Positions 28,022 to 39,107 of a DNA stretch of 64,000 nucleotides are shown piece after piece. Location: NCBI GenBank assembly GCA_964016885.1, contig OZ024740.1, forward strand, positions 348,750,001-348,814,000. The letters are read 5' to 3'. The first letter of the stretch is position 1. The number at the start of each line of letters is the position of its first letter. This stretch comes from Eledone cirrhosa. Lineage: Eukaryota. The notes beneath the pieces were generated by a model. It saw nothing but the letters and a program-made list of their open reading frames with translations. It had not been told where the DNA came from and searched no databases. The position numbers and the translations under genes are program-made.

Positions 28022-28862
28022 GAAAGAGCAGCCTTCAGGAAAAATCCCTTCATAGAACCTTCTTTGAGAAAACTGAATTTAGAGATCCACAGACATGGAA
28101 CTGGTTGAGAAGAGGAGACCTTAAAAAGGCTACAGAAGGAATGTTAATGGCTGCGCAGGAGCAGGCCCTCAAAACGAAGTGGTTGAAACACCATATTTAC
28201 AAGGAGGAGGCTAGCCCACTGTGCAGGATCTGTGGAGAGAGAGAGGAGACTGTGGCTCACATTGTATCCGAGTGTAAACACCTAGCCCAGACCCACTATA
28301 AGGGCTGGAAACATGATGGGCAGGGTGATCCACTGGCACCTGTGCAAAGTAAACAATTTACCACATTCTGAGAAATGGTATGAGCATAAGCCAGAGGCGG
28401 TGATGGAGAACGATCAGGTGAAGGTGCTGTGGGATTTTAGGATACAGACGGACAAGAAACTGGAACACAATAGACCAGACCTGGTGGTTGTGGACAAAGA
28501 AAAAAGATCGTGTCTGATTGTGGATGTGGCCTGCCCATTCGACACGAGAGTGCAAGAGAAGGAGAGGGAGAAAATTAACCGATACCAGGACTTAAAGTGG
28601 GAGGTAAAAAGGATTTAGAACTGCCATGAAGTCAAAGTGATCCCGATTGTCATGGGCGCACTGGGGACTATCTCCAAAAGTTTCCAGGGATGGTTAAAGA
28701 AAATCGGCCCCTTCACGCTTTTTGGAACGCTTCAAAAGGCATGCTTGCTGGGAACAGCAAGAACCCACCGATACGTCCTGAATATCTGAGGCTGCAGGTA
28801 ATGGCTTGATATTCATTCCAACGGACTTTCCAGTTAACTAACATCAATGACTGAGATTCAAG

Positions 28863-28863
<1 letters not shown>
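28021..28863 (+). mobile_element. R4/Dong-clade non-LTR element, 5'-truncated, in (TAA)n
   Basis: CRICGEREETVAHIVSEC, KHD, VLWDFRIQTD..HNRPDLVVVDK..IVDVACPFD..EK (CCHC + restriction-like endonuclease). (TAA)n on both sides. Confidence 0.9.
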
Positions 28864-28947
<84 letters not shown>

Positions 28948-28948
<1 letters not shown>

Positions 28949-29071
28949 CTTTCTTTATTAACCACAATGGTTTACATAAAGTAGACATTAAGGACAGTAC
29001 AGGACAATACAGGACGGTACAAATGGGCATTTCTGCGTGTAAAAAAAACAGAGGATGTAATAAAAATAAAA

Positions 29072-29075
<4 letters not shown>
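28948..29075 (-). mobile_element. Short 3' UTR copy of the (AAT)n-associated Tx1 element
   Basis: Nearly identical to 22069-22190 and flanked by (AAT)n. Confidence 0.9.
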
Positions 29076-29114
<39 letters not shown>

Positions 29115-29127
29115 TAAAAAAATAAAA

Positions 29128-30872
29128 AAACTGGAAATCACCTGGTCCAGATGGTGTGCAAGGGTATTGGATTAAAAATATAACATCCCTCCACCCGAAA
29201 CTGACAACCATGTTCAATGACAGCTTGATTTCGGGTGAGGTACCAGAGTGCTTGACAAAAGGTACCACAGTTCTGGTAATGAAAGACCGAATCAAGGGTA
29301 ATGATGTTACCAACTATAGGCCTTAAAAAAGCTACAGAAGGAATGCTAATGGCTGCGCAAGAGCAGACCCTCAAAACGAAGTGGGTGAAACACCATATTT
29401 ACAAGGAGGAGGCTAGCTCACTGTGTAGGATCTGTGGAGAGAGAGAGAGAGAGGAGACTGTGGCTCACATTGTATCTGAGTGTAAACACCTAGCCCTGAA
29501 TCACTATAAAGGCTGGAGACATGATGTAATAGGCAGGGTGATCCACTGGCACCTATGCAAAGTAATCAATTTACCACATTCTGAGAAGTGGTATGAGCAT
29601 AAGCTAGAGTCGGTGATAGAAAACGATCAGGTGAAGGTGCTGTGGGATTTTAGGATACAGACGGACAAGAAACTGGAACACAATAGACCTGACCTGGTGG
29701 TTTTGGACAAGGAAAAAAGATCGTGCCTGATGGTAGATGTAGCCTGCCCCTTTGACACGAAATTTGAGAAAAGGAGAGCTTACCATCAACCACCTCTTCT
29801 TCATGAACGATCTTAAACTCTTTGGGAAGAGTGAGAAGGAGTTGGATGTACTTGTTGACACTGTCCGTATTTTCAGCAATATATGCATGGAATTTGGTAT
29901 TAATAAGTGTGGAGTCCTAGTGATGAAGAGGCGTAAATTGAGCAGAAGCAACGGAATCCAGGTACCAACAGGTGAGATGATAATAGAAATTGATACTGAA
30001 GAAGGATACAAATATTTAGGGGTTCTGGAGGCTGATGACATCAAGAACCACAAAATGAAGGAATTGATAAGATCTGAATATATTCGGAGAGTGAGGAGCG
30101 TATTAAAGTCACATCTGAACAGTAGGAATGCCATAAGTGCAGTGAATTCCCGAGCTGTATCTATTATTAGGTACAGTGCGAGAATTCTGAAATGGAATGT
30201 TGCTGAACAAAGACAAATGGATAGGAAGACTATGAAGCTATTGACTATCTACAAGATGTTCCACAAGAGGAGTGATGTCGATAGACTCTACTTAAAGAGA
30301 TCTAAGGGTGGAAGCGGTCTTATCAGCATAGAGGACTGTGTTCAGACGAAGAAAAATAACCTGCACAAATACGTGACTGACAGTAGGGAGCCAATGCTCA
30401 ACATTGTACTGAAGGAGAAGACAATAGACCAGGGGATGTCCAAGGAGGAAATAACAAGGAAGAAGAGCAGCCTTCATGAAAAATCCCTTCATGTTACCTT
30501 CTTTAAGAAAACTGAATTTAGAGATCCGCAGATATGAAACTGGTTAGAAAGAGGAGACCTTAAAAAAGCTACAGAAGGAATGCTAATGGCTGCGCAAGAT
30601 AATAATGATAATAATAATATTGACACGAGAGTGCAAGAAAAGGAGAGGGAGAAAATTAACTGATACCAGGATTTAAAGTGGGAGTTAAAAAGGATTTGGA
30701 ACAGCCATGAAATCAAGGTCGTTCCGATTGTCATAGGTGGACTAGGTACTATCTCAAAGAGTTTCCAAGGATGGTTAAAGAAGATTAGCCCAGCGCCGCT
30801 TTTTGGAACACTTCAAAAGGCATGCTTGCTGGGAACAAACTTTCCAGTTAAATAACATCATTGACTGAGACT
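29128..30872 (+). mobile_element. R4/Dong-clade element, internally deleted and rearranged
   Basis: WKSPGPDG..NYRP; RLE segment; INHLFFMNDLKLF; YKYLG; RLYLKRSKGG; same 3' UTR as 28021-28863. Confidence 0.9.
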
Positions 30873-31031
30873 CGGCACAAGGCCAGCAACTACCAAGTGC
30901 ATTACTGGTACTTTATTTTATCGACCCCGTAAGGATGAATAGCAAAGTTAACCTCGACGGGATTTGAACTCAGACCGTAAAGGGGCGTAACTATGCTGGA
31001 AAACATGGCGTCCGACCCTCTACCGATACTG
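30873..31031 (-). mobile_element. tRNA-derived SINE
   Basis: B-box GAGTTCAAATCC and core ttcatccttacggggtcgataaaataaagtaccag. Confidence 0.9.
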
Positions 31032-31354
31032 ATAATAATAATAAATGGAAAATATATCACTATAGCATCATATTTATTTCATTATACATATATTTCAAGG
31101 ATACTAAATTATACTATGCTTTTATCAGATAAAATACAATATTTGAATTATAAGATAGTGACATACCCAAATAATAGACCACATACGGTCAACTTAAAAT
31201 GGGTATGTCACTATCTTATACATCAAATATTGTATTTCATCTGGTGAAAACATACTATAAATTTGTATTCTTGAAATATATATAATGAAATAAATATGAT
31301 GCTATAGTGATATATTTTCCATTTATTACTATTATATATATATATATACATATG

Positions 31355-31740
31355 AAAAGAGGCTAAGGTACTATACAAAACAGAGGTTATAGAAAAAAAG
31401 TTTAAAGAATCTTTTTTTTCTTCTTTAATCCGTCTAAGTGTTATTATTGTAAAAAAGGAGGAAAACATTTTTATAAAAACAGGAGATTTATAAAATATAT
31501 AAAATATTATCGGTTTCGATGTAATCCATCTTATCAAATTTTAAATATTACAATTAAAATTTAAAAATCAAGAATGAAAATTAAGTGCTGAAGACAATCT
31601 GTTTATATTTCATCACGAAATATAAACATACCTTTTATAAAGCTCCCTTTTTCTTTTATAAAAATGTTTTTCTCCTTTTTTCAATAATAAGACTTTCACG
31701 GATTAAAGAAAGCAAAATATTTTTTAAATATACTTCCATG
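31355..31740. repeat. AT-rich repeat family, diverged copy plus partial inverted copy
   Basis: aggtactatacaaaacag..cggtttcgatgtaatccatcttatcaaa..ttaagtg. 31630-31740 is a partial mirror. Confidence 0.65.
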
Positions 31741-31765
31741 CTGTTTTCATTCTCTCTCTCTCTCT

Positions 31766-31801
<36 letters not shown>

Positions 31802-32039
31802 CCTTTCACAGACACACACACATATATATACATATATAGTAAAAAATATCAGCTCCATTACATAGCTGAAGAAAGAAAATAAAAAGACCATACGAATAAA
31901 GTTTTTTTATATTTAGAACTGTCTTTTTGATTGATATTCTTTTCTGTAAATGTCAACAACACCTGTAGAATGATGATTGACAAACTAATAGTTCAGTAAA
32001 ATTAATCAGTGAGATCAGAAATTAAATATATCGTATATT

Positions 32040-33015
32040 GAAACTTATATAATACAAGTTGAAACATTCACGCTGTCCTGGATATATTGTGTAAATCTTA
32101 CCTAGTGTTGCTGCTTTACCAATTTCAGGATGGTTTTCTATTGATCTTCCTGGTTTTCGCCAGTTCCATTTTCTTCACTGTTCATCAAATGTGTAATAGG
32201 ATCGTATTTGTCCGTATCGCAGAGTTCGTGAAAAGCTGTCAGTTCTAGGAAGTTAAAAAAATGCTATTACAGTTGTCTTTCTTGATGATATGGATTGTTG
32301 GGGTCGGGCTGTAAAATTTTCTCGTTGTCTATTTTCCAAATGGACGTCAAGTTTTTGCACTGCTTGGTGATGGGCCTAAAGTTCAAAAATGCCTCAGAAT
32401 CTTTCGTTACTGCTAATATATCGGACGTTACACACCTCGTCAAACATATATCGTTGTTGTAGAGCAAAAATAGCAGCATCGGAAGTCTAATTGACGTATA
32501 AGCATACATTCTTTATAGGGTTTATTTTCCCTTTTCTTCTGATCCCTCCATCCAGTTTTCAAGAAAAAAACACGATTGCAAGCATGTTGGAGATCAGATT
32601 CTCTTGGATTGTGCGCATGTCGGAGGCGAGGTTTCAAAGATACGAAAAACCTAGGAAAAAATCTTAACGAACCTCAGCGGGTGATTTTCTATAAATCTAA
32701 TCAGCTGAGAGATGTTTATCTGTAATTCCGTGGTGCCTCCACCCTTCCCGCTTCCGTTTTCGGGAAAAGGAACCGTTGGTGAGTAAGTCGAAAACAAACA
32801 AAAAACATAGAAAAGAAAAAGTTCCCACTGAAAAAAATGTCTAAGACTGGGAAAATCCGAGGGTACCCCACACTGCCTCCATTCCGTTTTCGGAGAAAAA
32901 GTGGATGGCGAGCATGTCGGAGTTCAAAAATGGTTGAAAACACGAAAAACCAATTTTGTTTAGTATGATTAGCGGTCAACGTACAAATAAACTTTCATTT
33001 TATACGTATTATAGA
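32040..33015 (-). mobile_element. Internally deleted Helitron: 5' terminus plus RepHel linker remnant
   Basis: Minus-strand A|TCTATAATACGTATAAAATG at 33015. Translated remnants AVQKLDVHLENRQR and YGQIRSYYTF..KWNWRK..LGKIYTIYPGQRECF are homologous to 2950-3220. Confidence 0.75.
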
Positions 33016-33526
33016 TTTAATTATTGTTGACTATCTCAGACTAAACCATAGCGATTTATGTCATTTGATGTATGTATGAAGCTGTAACACCCGATAGAAT
33101 CGTATGGGTGTCGTATTAATATATGGCGTTTAACAGGGCATGTGTAACCTAGCGGAGCCCATAACTCCAAGATGTCATTTGAAACAGACTATCAACGATC
33201 ACTATATATCTAAGATGGCTATTGTAGCTATGTATTCTTATCAGAAAACGTGTGTGTACGTAATTAACATTTGCTATATGAAGCACAGTAGCAAGGAAGT
33301 AAAACTAATATGATTAATCGTTTCTGAATTTGTTTAGCAAGATTCTTTATCTGAAAACGTGAGTTGAAACCGATATTGTTATACTTTGGGAGGGTCATGT
33401 TGCCAATAAGAAACACACGCACCAGTTGCTTTCACTTCAATTTATTATAATAAATTTATAAATTTAGGAATTTATAAATTTCCGGTTGGTTGGTTGGTTC
33501 CACAACCAGATGATTGTTTATATATT

Positions 33527-33569
33527 GTCAAAGTTCTTTCGTCACACATTCTGTCACCTCTTCAGTGAC
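33527..33569 (-). ncRNA. Minimal type-I hammerhead
   Basis: GUCA CUGAAGA G..C GAA AG AA CU U/ UGAC. Confidence 0.7.
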
Positions 33570-34502
33570 TGGGGATTCTTTTCTTTGTTTTTGTGCCTCT
33601 CCTTTGTTCTGTCCTACGCCATCTTGTTTTTGTGTGTGTGTTGTGTGCTTAGTTTGCGCATGTGTTACATCCGGGTGTCTGTGTGGGTTTATATTCGTTT
33701 ATTTATTTGTTTATTTACATGTCACTGGTTGGTTGTTTGTTCTATGTGCGTGTGTGTTTTCATTTTGTCCTTAATTGTAAGTTGTGATGTTGCTGTTCCA
33801 TTCATGTTTTCTATTTAATTTTGGTTGGAGTTATTTATGTTTATTGCCTCTGTGATTTGTCTAAACATTGCGCCTTTTCTGTGTGTGGATTCTATTTTCA
33901 TTTCTATATTCTCTAATTTACCCTTATGTTCTATTTTAGCATGTTGGTAGAGTACAGATGATTATTTACTATCTTAAAGGTCTCGCCAGTGTTCATTTAT
34001 GAACACTGGCGAGACCTTCAAGATAGTAAAGAATCATATGTACTCTACCAACATGCTAAAATAGAACATAAGGGTAAATACACTGGCGAGACCTTCAAGA
34101 TAGTAAAGAATCATCTTTACTCTACCAACATGCTAAAATAGAACATAAGGGTAAATTAGAGAACATAGAAATAGAAATAGAATCTACACACAGAAAAAAC
34201 GCAATGTTTAGACAAATCACAGAAGCAATAAACATAAATAACTCAAACCAAAATTAAATAGAAAACATGAATGGAACAGCAACATCACAACTTACAATTA
34301 AGGACAAAATGAAAACACACACGCACATAGAACAAACAACCAACCAGTAACATGTAAATAAACAAATAAATAAACAAATATAAACACACACAGACACCCG
34401 GATGTAACACATGCGCAAACTAAGCACACAACACACACACACAAACAAGATGGCGTAGGACAGAACAAAGGAGAGGCACAAAAACAAAGAAAAGAATCGC
34501 CA

Positions 34503-34545
34503 GTCACTGAAGAGGTGACAGAATGTGTGACGAAAGAACTTTGAC
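34503..34545 (+). ncRNA. Minimal type-I hammerhead
   Basis: gtca ctgaaga ggtgacagaatgtgtgac gaaagaactt tgac. Confidence 0.7.
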
Positions 34546-35197
34546 AATATATAAACAATCATCTGGTTGTGGAACCAACCAACCAACCGGAAATTTATAA
34601 ATTCCTAAATTTATAAATTTATTATAATAAATTGAAGTGAAAGCAACTGGTGCGTATGTTTCTTATTGGCAACAGAACCCTCCCACAGTTTAACAATAAT
34701 ATGATTAAATTATTACTTTTATATAAAGATAATCAATTTTGCCTTTTCATTATGATATGGAACTAGAGTCAGTGTCTGGACATTTAGCGGTCCGCGCATC
34801 ACAGTTATGTGTCACATTCTCCCAACAAAACAATGTCAAATTATACTTTGATAATCTGATAAACCTAACTTTGACACGTCGTGTTTTGACCACATAAAGA
34901 TCATTACTAAACCTGTTTTTCTACATACACAGCAGCTCATGAGAGAATTCATAAACCGATCCTTGTTAACAAGGTAACGCGGTAACGATGTTTTTATAAT
35001 TTATTTAAGTTAAGTGTACAAATTTGTATAAAATGATGGCCCTTTATGGTTCAGTAATGCGTCTCACAGAGCCCTGCGCTTTAGGCAGCAGCTTATTTGG
35101 CCTAATAGTAACGCCAGCTTGTATGGGGCATAAAACTAGATTACACAATATAAAAAATCCCTGTATATATATACACACACACACACACACACATATT

Positions 35198-35560
35198 AGA
35201 AAAGGGAAGTAAGGTTCTATACAAAACAGTAGATATAGAGAAAAGATTAATTTGGAAATAGCACGGAAAATGTATTTTAGGGTCTGTTTTTCTTTTTGTT
35301 CCTTTCTTTGATTCGTCAAAGTGACATTATTGAAAAGATGACATTATTGAAAAGATGAGAGGAACAGTTCTTTTAAAAAAAAGTTTTATAATGTATATAA
35401 AGTATTATCGGTTTCGATGTATTATTAAAATTCATCTTATCAAATGTTGAGTATTACAATTAAAAAGAATTAAAAGGAATTAAAAACTAAAAATTAAAGA
35501 TTTAAAATTAAGTGTTGGAGTAAGTTTTTTTCCCGTCTTCCTTGGTCAGAGGTGGACTTA
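35198..35560 (-). repeat. AT-rich repeat family copy with UUGAUAA hammerhead-like motif (35402-35448)
   Basis: Minus strand: AU UUGAUAA GAUG..CAUC GAAA CCGA UA AU. Confidence 0.75.
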
Positions 35561-35593
35561 TATATATAACAAAGAAGGTGTGGCAAGATATCC

Positions 35594-35735
35594 GGTGGAC
35601 CATAACGCAGCAGAGTACTCGATACTTAGGGCAGTAGCATGGGTAATATCAAAAGAGTCAGGACCCGACGGCTGAGCTCCGGCCGTTTCGTCAGCTAGAT
35701 CCGAACTAAGCCTGCGGCTGGCTTAGTTCCGATCT
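35594..35735 (-). mobile_element. Short fold-back element with a half hammerhead, copy 2
   Basis: Minus strand: GAA ACGGC cggagcuca GCCGU C/ GGGUCC. Terminal hairpin agatccgaactaagcc..ggcttagttccgatct. Confidence 0.7.
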
Positions 35736-36659
35736 CTCTCTTTCTCTCACTATGTATATATATATATATATATATAATATAAGATCAAAAGATTGTTAAA
35801 AGAGTTCCATATAAGATCAAAAGATGGTTAAAAGAGTTCCTCACCTCCTACTTTATATATATATGAAGTGGTTACAAACTGACTGCGATATGAACTTTTA
35901 CTGGTTAGGAAGACAGAAACGCTATACTGGATAATGTTACAAATACTATAACAATGAATAAAACTTTAATAGCTTAGATATATTTAGTAGTAGGTTAACA
36001 TTTCAGAGCTATGTGAACAGAGAATTTAGTCAGAGGTGGATAAGTAAAATGAAATGCGTGAGCACACACGCAAACACACAATACACACACACACACATAC
36101 ACATACAAATAAGTATATATGTGTGCGTGGTTTGTGTGTGTGTGCGTGTTGGGGGAGGACCAGAGACAGGATTGTCATATATGTCAAAGCGACGCTTCTC
36201 AACAAGTTCATACTAGGCCAAGTATGATTTCACATTTAATGATTTCATCAAGGTAAACAGAAAATAGTTTTTTTGTCTGTTATATTATTGTATGTTGTGT
36301 TATGTGACTGAGCCACGGTTGTAAAATATTTCACATATTTTTTAGCAACTACTGTTTTTGCTACGTTATTGACCTGAAGTCTTATTCGACTAAACACGTC
36401 ACATAGATATAGAAACTATGAAAATAAAAATGTATTATAAATAGAACAGAAAGTTGCAGAAACGAATTACCACCCCCGTGAGCCTGTATAACAATGAAAA
36501 TCACATTGCCTCATACTACACCAACATTTTGTGGAACAAGACGTAAATAAGCAATATATTGAACAAATAAGAAGACATGCTAAATACCTTAACTCCTCCT
36601 CTATAGTACTTGTAGGAAGAGATAGCGTAAATATATTACCAATGGGCTATTAACAATCA

Positions 36660-36800
36660 GACCAGATGGAAACTTTCCCAAATACTTCTTAGTTCCGTTT
36701 TCATTTTATTTATTCACATATTCAAATTACATTATGTGTAATCTCATACAGGAATTGTCTTTTTAACGGGTTCCAAAATTATATGTATATATATATCAGC
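36660..36800 (+). promoter_or_regulatory. Putative IL-17 promoter: kappaB-like site and TATA-like tract
   Basis: GGAAACTTTCCC at 36668-36679; TATATATATA at 36786-36796, about 130 bp upstream of the ATG. Motif resemblance only. Confidence 0.4.
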
Positions 36801-36924
36801 CGAAGACATCATGCATCATTTCGAAGAAACATCACGTTCAGAAACGAAGATAGTGAAGTTTTATTTGTACAATAACTTTCGATTGTTGTGCTTTCTTTTC
36901 CATTTCCAAGTGAAGAAGTGTAAA

Positions 36925-36939
36925 ATGAAGATGATGAAA
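36925..36939 (+). CDS. IL17: Interleukin-17-like, coding exon 1 (MKMMK)
   Basis: AAAATGAAGATGATGAAA followed by the perfect donor GTAAGT (36940). Phase 0, joins exon 2 in frame and supplies the basic N-region of the signal peptide. Confidence 0.7.
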
Positions 36940-37307
36940 GTAAGTACATTTGCATTAATGATAACACCTTATATATTTCTGTATGCTGTTAGGTTCACAT
37001 GTTTATATATGAGACTTTATTTGTATATTATGCTTTATTTATATATGAATATTTGTCAGGGCAAGTATATGCAATATGAATTGCAACTCAGAATTATATA
37101 GACTTAAGGAATCGGGAAGTAAATATGATATATTTTATATGCATGTATATACACGTAAATTAATTAATGAAATGTTTCCTCTTAATTACCTGGAAAACTA
37201 GAATAATATACTTTAAAAAATTATATTGATTTTGAAAATCAATTATTAATGTAGACATCACGTCTTCGTTTGGTACCAAATTTAAAAGCAATAATCTTTT
37301 TTTGTCT

Positions 37308-37429
37308 ATCAGAGAGGACCCGGTCCACATAGTAAGTTTCCATGGCCGATCGGAGAGGACCCGGTCCACATAGTAAGTTTCCATGGCCGATCAGAGAGGA
37401 CCCGGTCCACATAGTAAGTTTCCATGGCC
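37308..37429. repeat. 41-bp tandem repeat x3 in the IL-17 intron
   Basis: atc(a/g)gagaggacccggtccacatagtaagtttccatggcc starts at 37308, 37349 and 37390. Confidence 0.95.
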
Positions 37430-37867
37430 ATACGATTTTGAGGGATTCAAAATGTTTTATTACCATCAATTATTGCTAAATATCATACGGTTACAAACAT
37501 CGTGTATGAATCACGAAATTTCGAACTTAAGAAACACAAATCTTTAGATGTAGGAAGCTCAAGCGCATACTCTAACTGCAAGCACAATCAGTTGCTACGA
37601 ACTAACTTATAAATACCATTATAAACGGAAAAAGAAGTTACAGAGGCGTCTGTATATAATTAATTAGAAATGATTTACTAAAATACTTACTTCGATATTT
37701 GAAACTGTGCCTATATTTCACATCTGGCCTGGGCTTTATAGCAACTTTGCACAGACCTGTTTGTACCAAGAATAAACTTATACTTGATTAAATAACTCTT
37801 TGTTGCAAAGCATGGCGTCTGACCCTCTGTCGTAAGACTGCAGTTATTTAATCAAGTATGTCTTACG

Positions 37868-37992
37868 ACAGAGGGTCAGACGCCATGCTTTGCAACAAAG
37901 AGTTACGTCCCTTTATGGTCTGAGTTCAAATCCAGCCGAGGTTAACTTTGCCTTTCATCCTTACGGTGTCGATAAAATAAAGCACCAGTAAT
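37868..37992 (+). mobile_element. tRNA-derived SINE with local inverted duplication of its head
   Basis: gagttcaaatcc B-box and core. Reverse complement of the head at 37793-37838. Confidence 0.85.
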
Positions 37993-38271
37993 AATTAAAC
38001 TCAATTGATGATCGTACATTTCAAGTCGGTCTCTACATTTCTTTGTACACCGCTTCTCATATCCACTTATACGACTGAATACAACAAAAACAAAATTGTT
38101 TACCTCCGACTTTCTTTTCCTTCCTCCTCCTTTCCTATAATATTTCTTTTTTCATTTCTCTTACATTCTGTCTATCGTGCCTCTCATACAGATATCGGTT
38201 GCTGTTTTATGTATTGTCAATTATATATCGTTCATTATTTTTTTATTTTTACATTATATGAAGTTTATATA

Positions 38272-38968
38272 TCTCTATATATAAAGCTGTAGTTCCTGTC
38301 TGTTTGTTTGTTTGTTTTGGAGATAGACCCCCCCCCCCCCCCATAACCATATATATTCTGAAACAACATTGCCAAGGGTACTTAGATAAGTATATTTCAT
38401 TTTAATCAAAGAGTTCCACGGGGGCACAAACCCCGCTGAAATGTTTTTCCCTTCGATTTATATGAAATTTAAACCATAGGTAAATGACAAGATATGATGC
38501 CTATTCACAAAAGTTTCGAATTGATATTTTTCAAAAAATTATTTACAAGAAACAAAATAAAAATAAGATTTAATAATGTAATTTTGATTTGATATATTAC
38601 AAAAAATAATTGTTTCTACTTTAGGCACAAGCCAGCAATTATCCAGTGCATTACTGGTACTTTATTTTATCGACCCCGTAAGGATGAAAGGCAAAGTCAA
38701 CCTCGGCGGGATTTGAACTCAGATCGTAAAGGGACGTAACTATGCTGGAAAGCATGGCGTCCGACCCTCTACCGATACTGCCAATCCACCGCCCTACATA
38801 TATTACAATAAATAATGTTTTCCAATTTTTCATGGATTACATTTTACATTGAGTAATATTGAAATGCAGAGTTTTTCTCCATAAATTATATCACTGATTT
38901 AAAATCAATCATCATTTTATTACAAAATAAATGTGCGAAACGCTGCAAGGCGCGGGTAATTCGGCTAG
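38272..38968 (+). mobile_element. Non-autonomous Helitron in the IL-17 intron
   Basis: A|TCTCTATATATAAAGCTG 5' end; GC-rich degenerate hairpin cgctgcaaggcgcgggt then CTAG|T at 38965-38969; inserted between A and T. Confidence 0.75.
38611..38795 (-). mobile_element. tRNA-derived SINE, nested in the Helitron
   Basis: A-box TGGCAGTATCGG, B-box GAGTTCAAATCC, core, and tail tgtgcctaaagtagaaacaat. Confidence 0.92.
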
Positions 38969-39107
38969 TAACTCAATAAAGTTTGACATAAATTCTATTT
39001 AATTAATATGTATTTCGACAGTGGTTTGTAATTTTTTTCTTGGTGTATTAGTTTCATATCTAAATTAAGATATTGTACTTGACTAATGTATTTTCTTTTT
39101 TTTTTAG

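Larger units (their letters stand above)
33318..34696. mobile_element. Palindromic PLE insertion (two 3' ends head-to-head), same family as 48130-50609
   Basis: Arms about 33378-33996 and 33999-34696; apex gttcat-tt-atgaac; about 77-bp tandem duplication at 34004-34156; candidate TSD taatatgattaa at 33306-33317 and 34697-34708. Confidence 0.9.

Noticed and set aside
33486-33818. Hydrophobic Cys-rich 110-aa ORF in three copies (also 34254 and 50169), and the 87-89-aa pair at 8218/11176
   Set aside because: They lie in PLE pseudo-LTRs with low-complexity composition. Copy number reflects the repeat, and no domain is recognisable.
37308-37429. CRISPR-like palindromic repeats
   Set aside because: Units are head-to-tail with no spacers, there are no cas genes, and the context is eukaryotic.
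38700-38790. tRNA gene (A and B boxes)
   Set aside because: No cloverleaf. It is the head of a multi-copy SINE.
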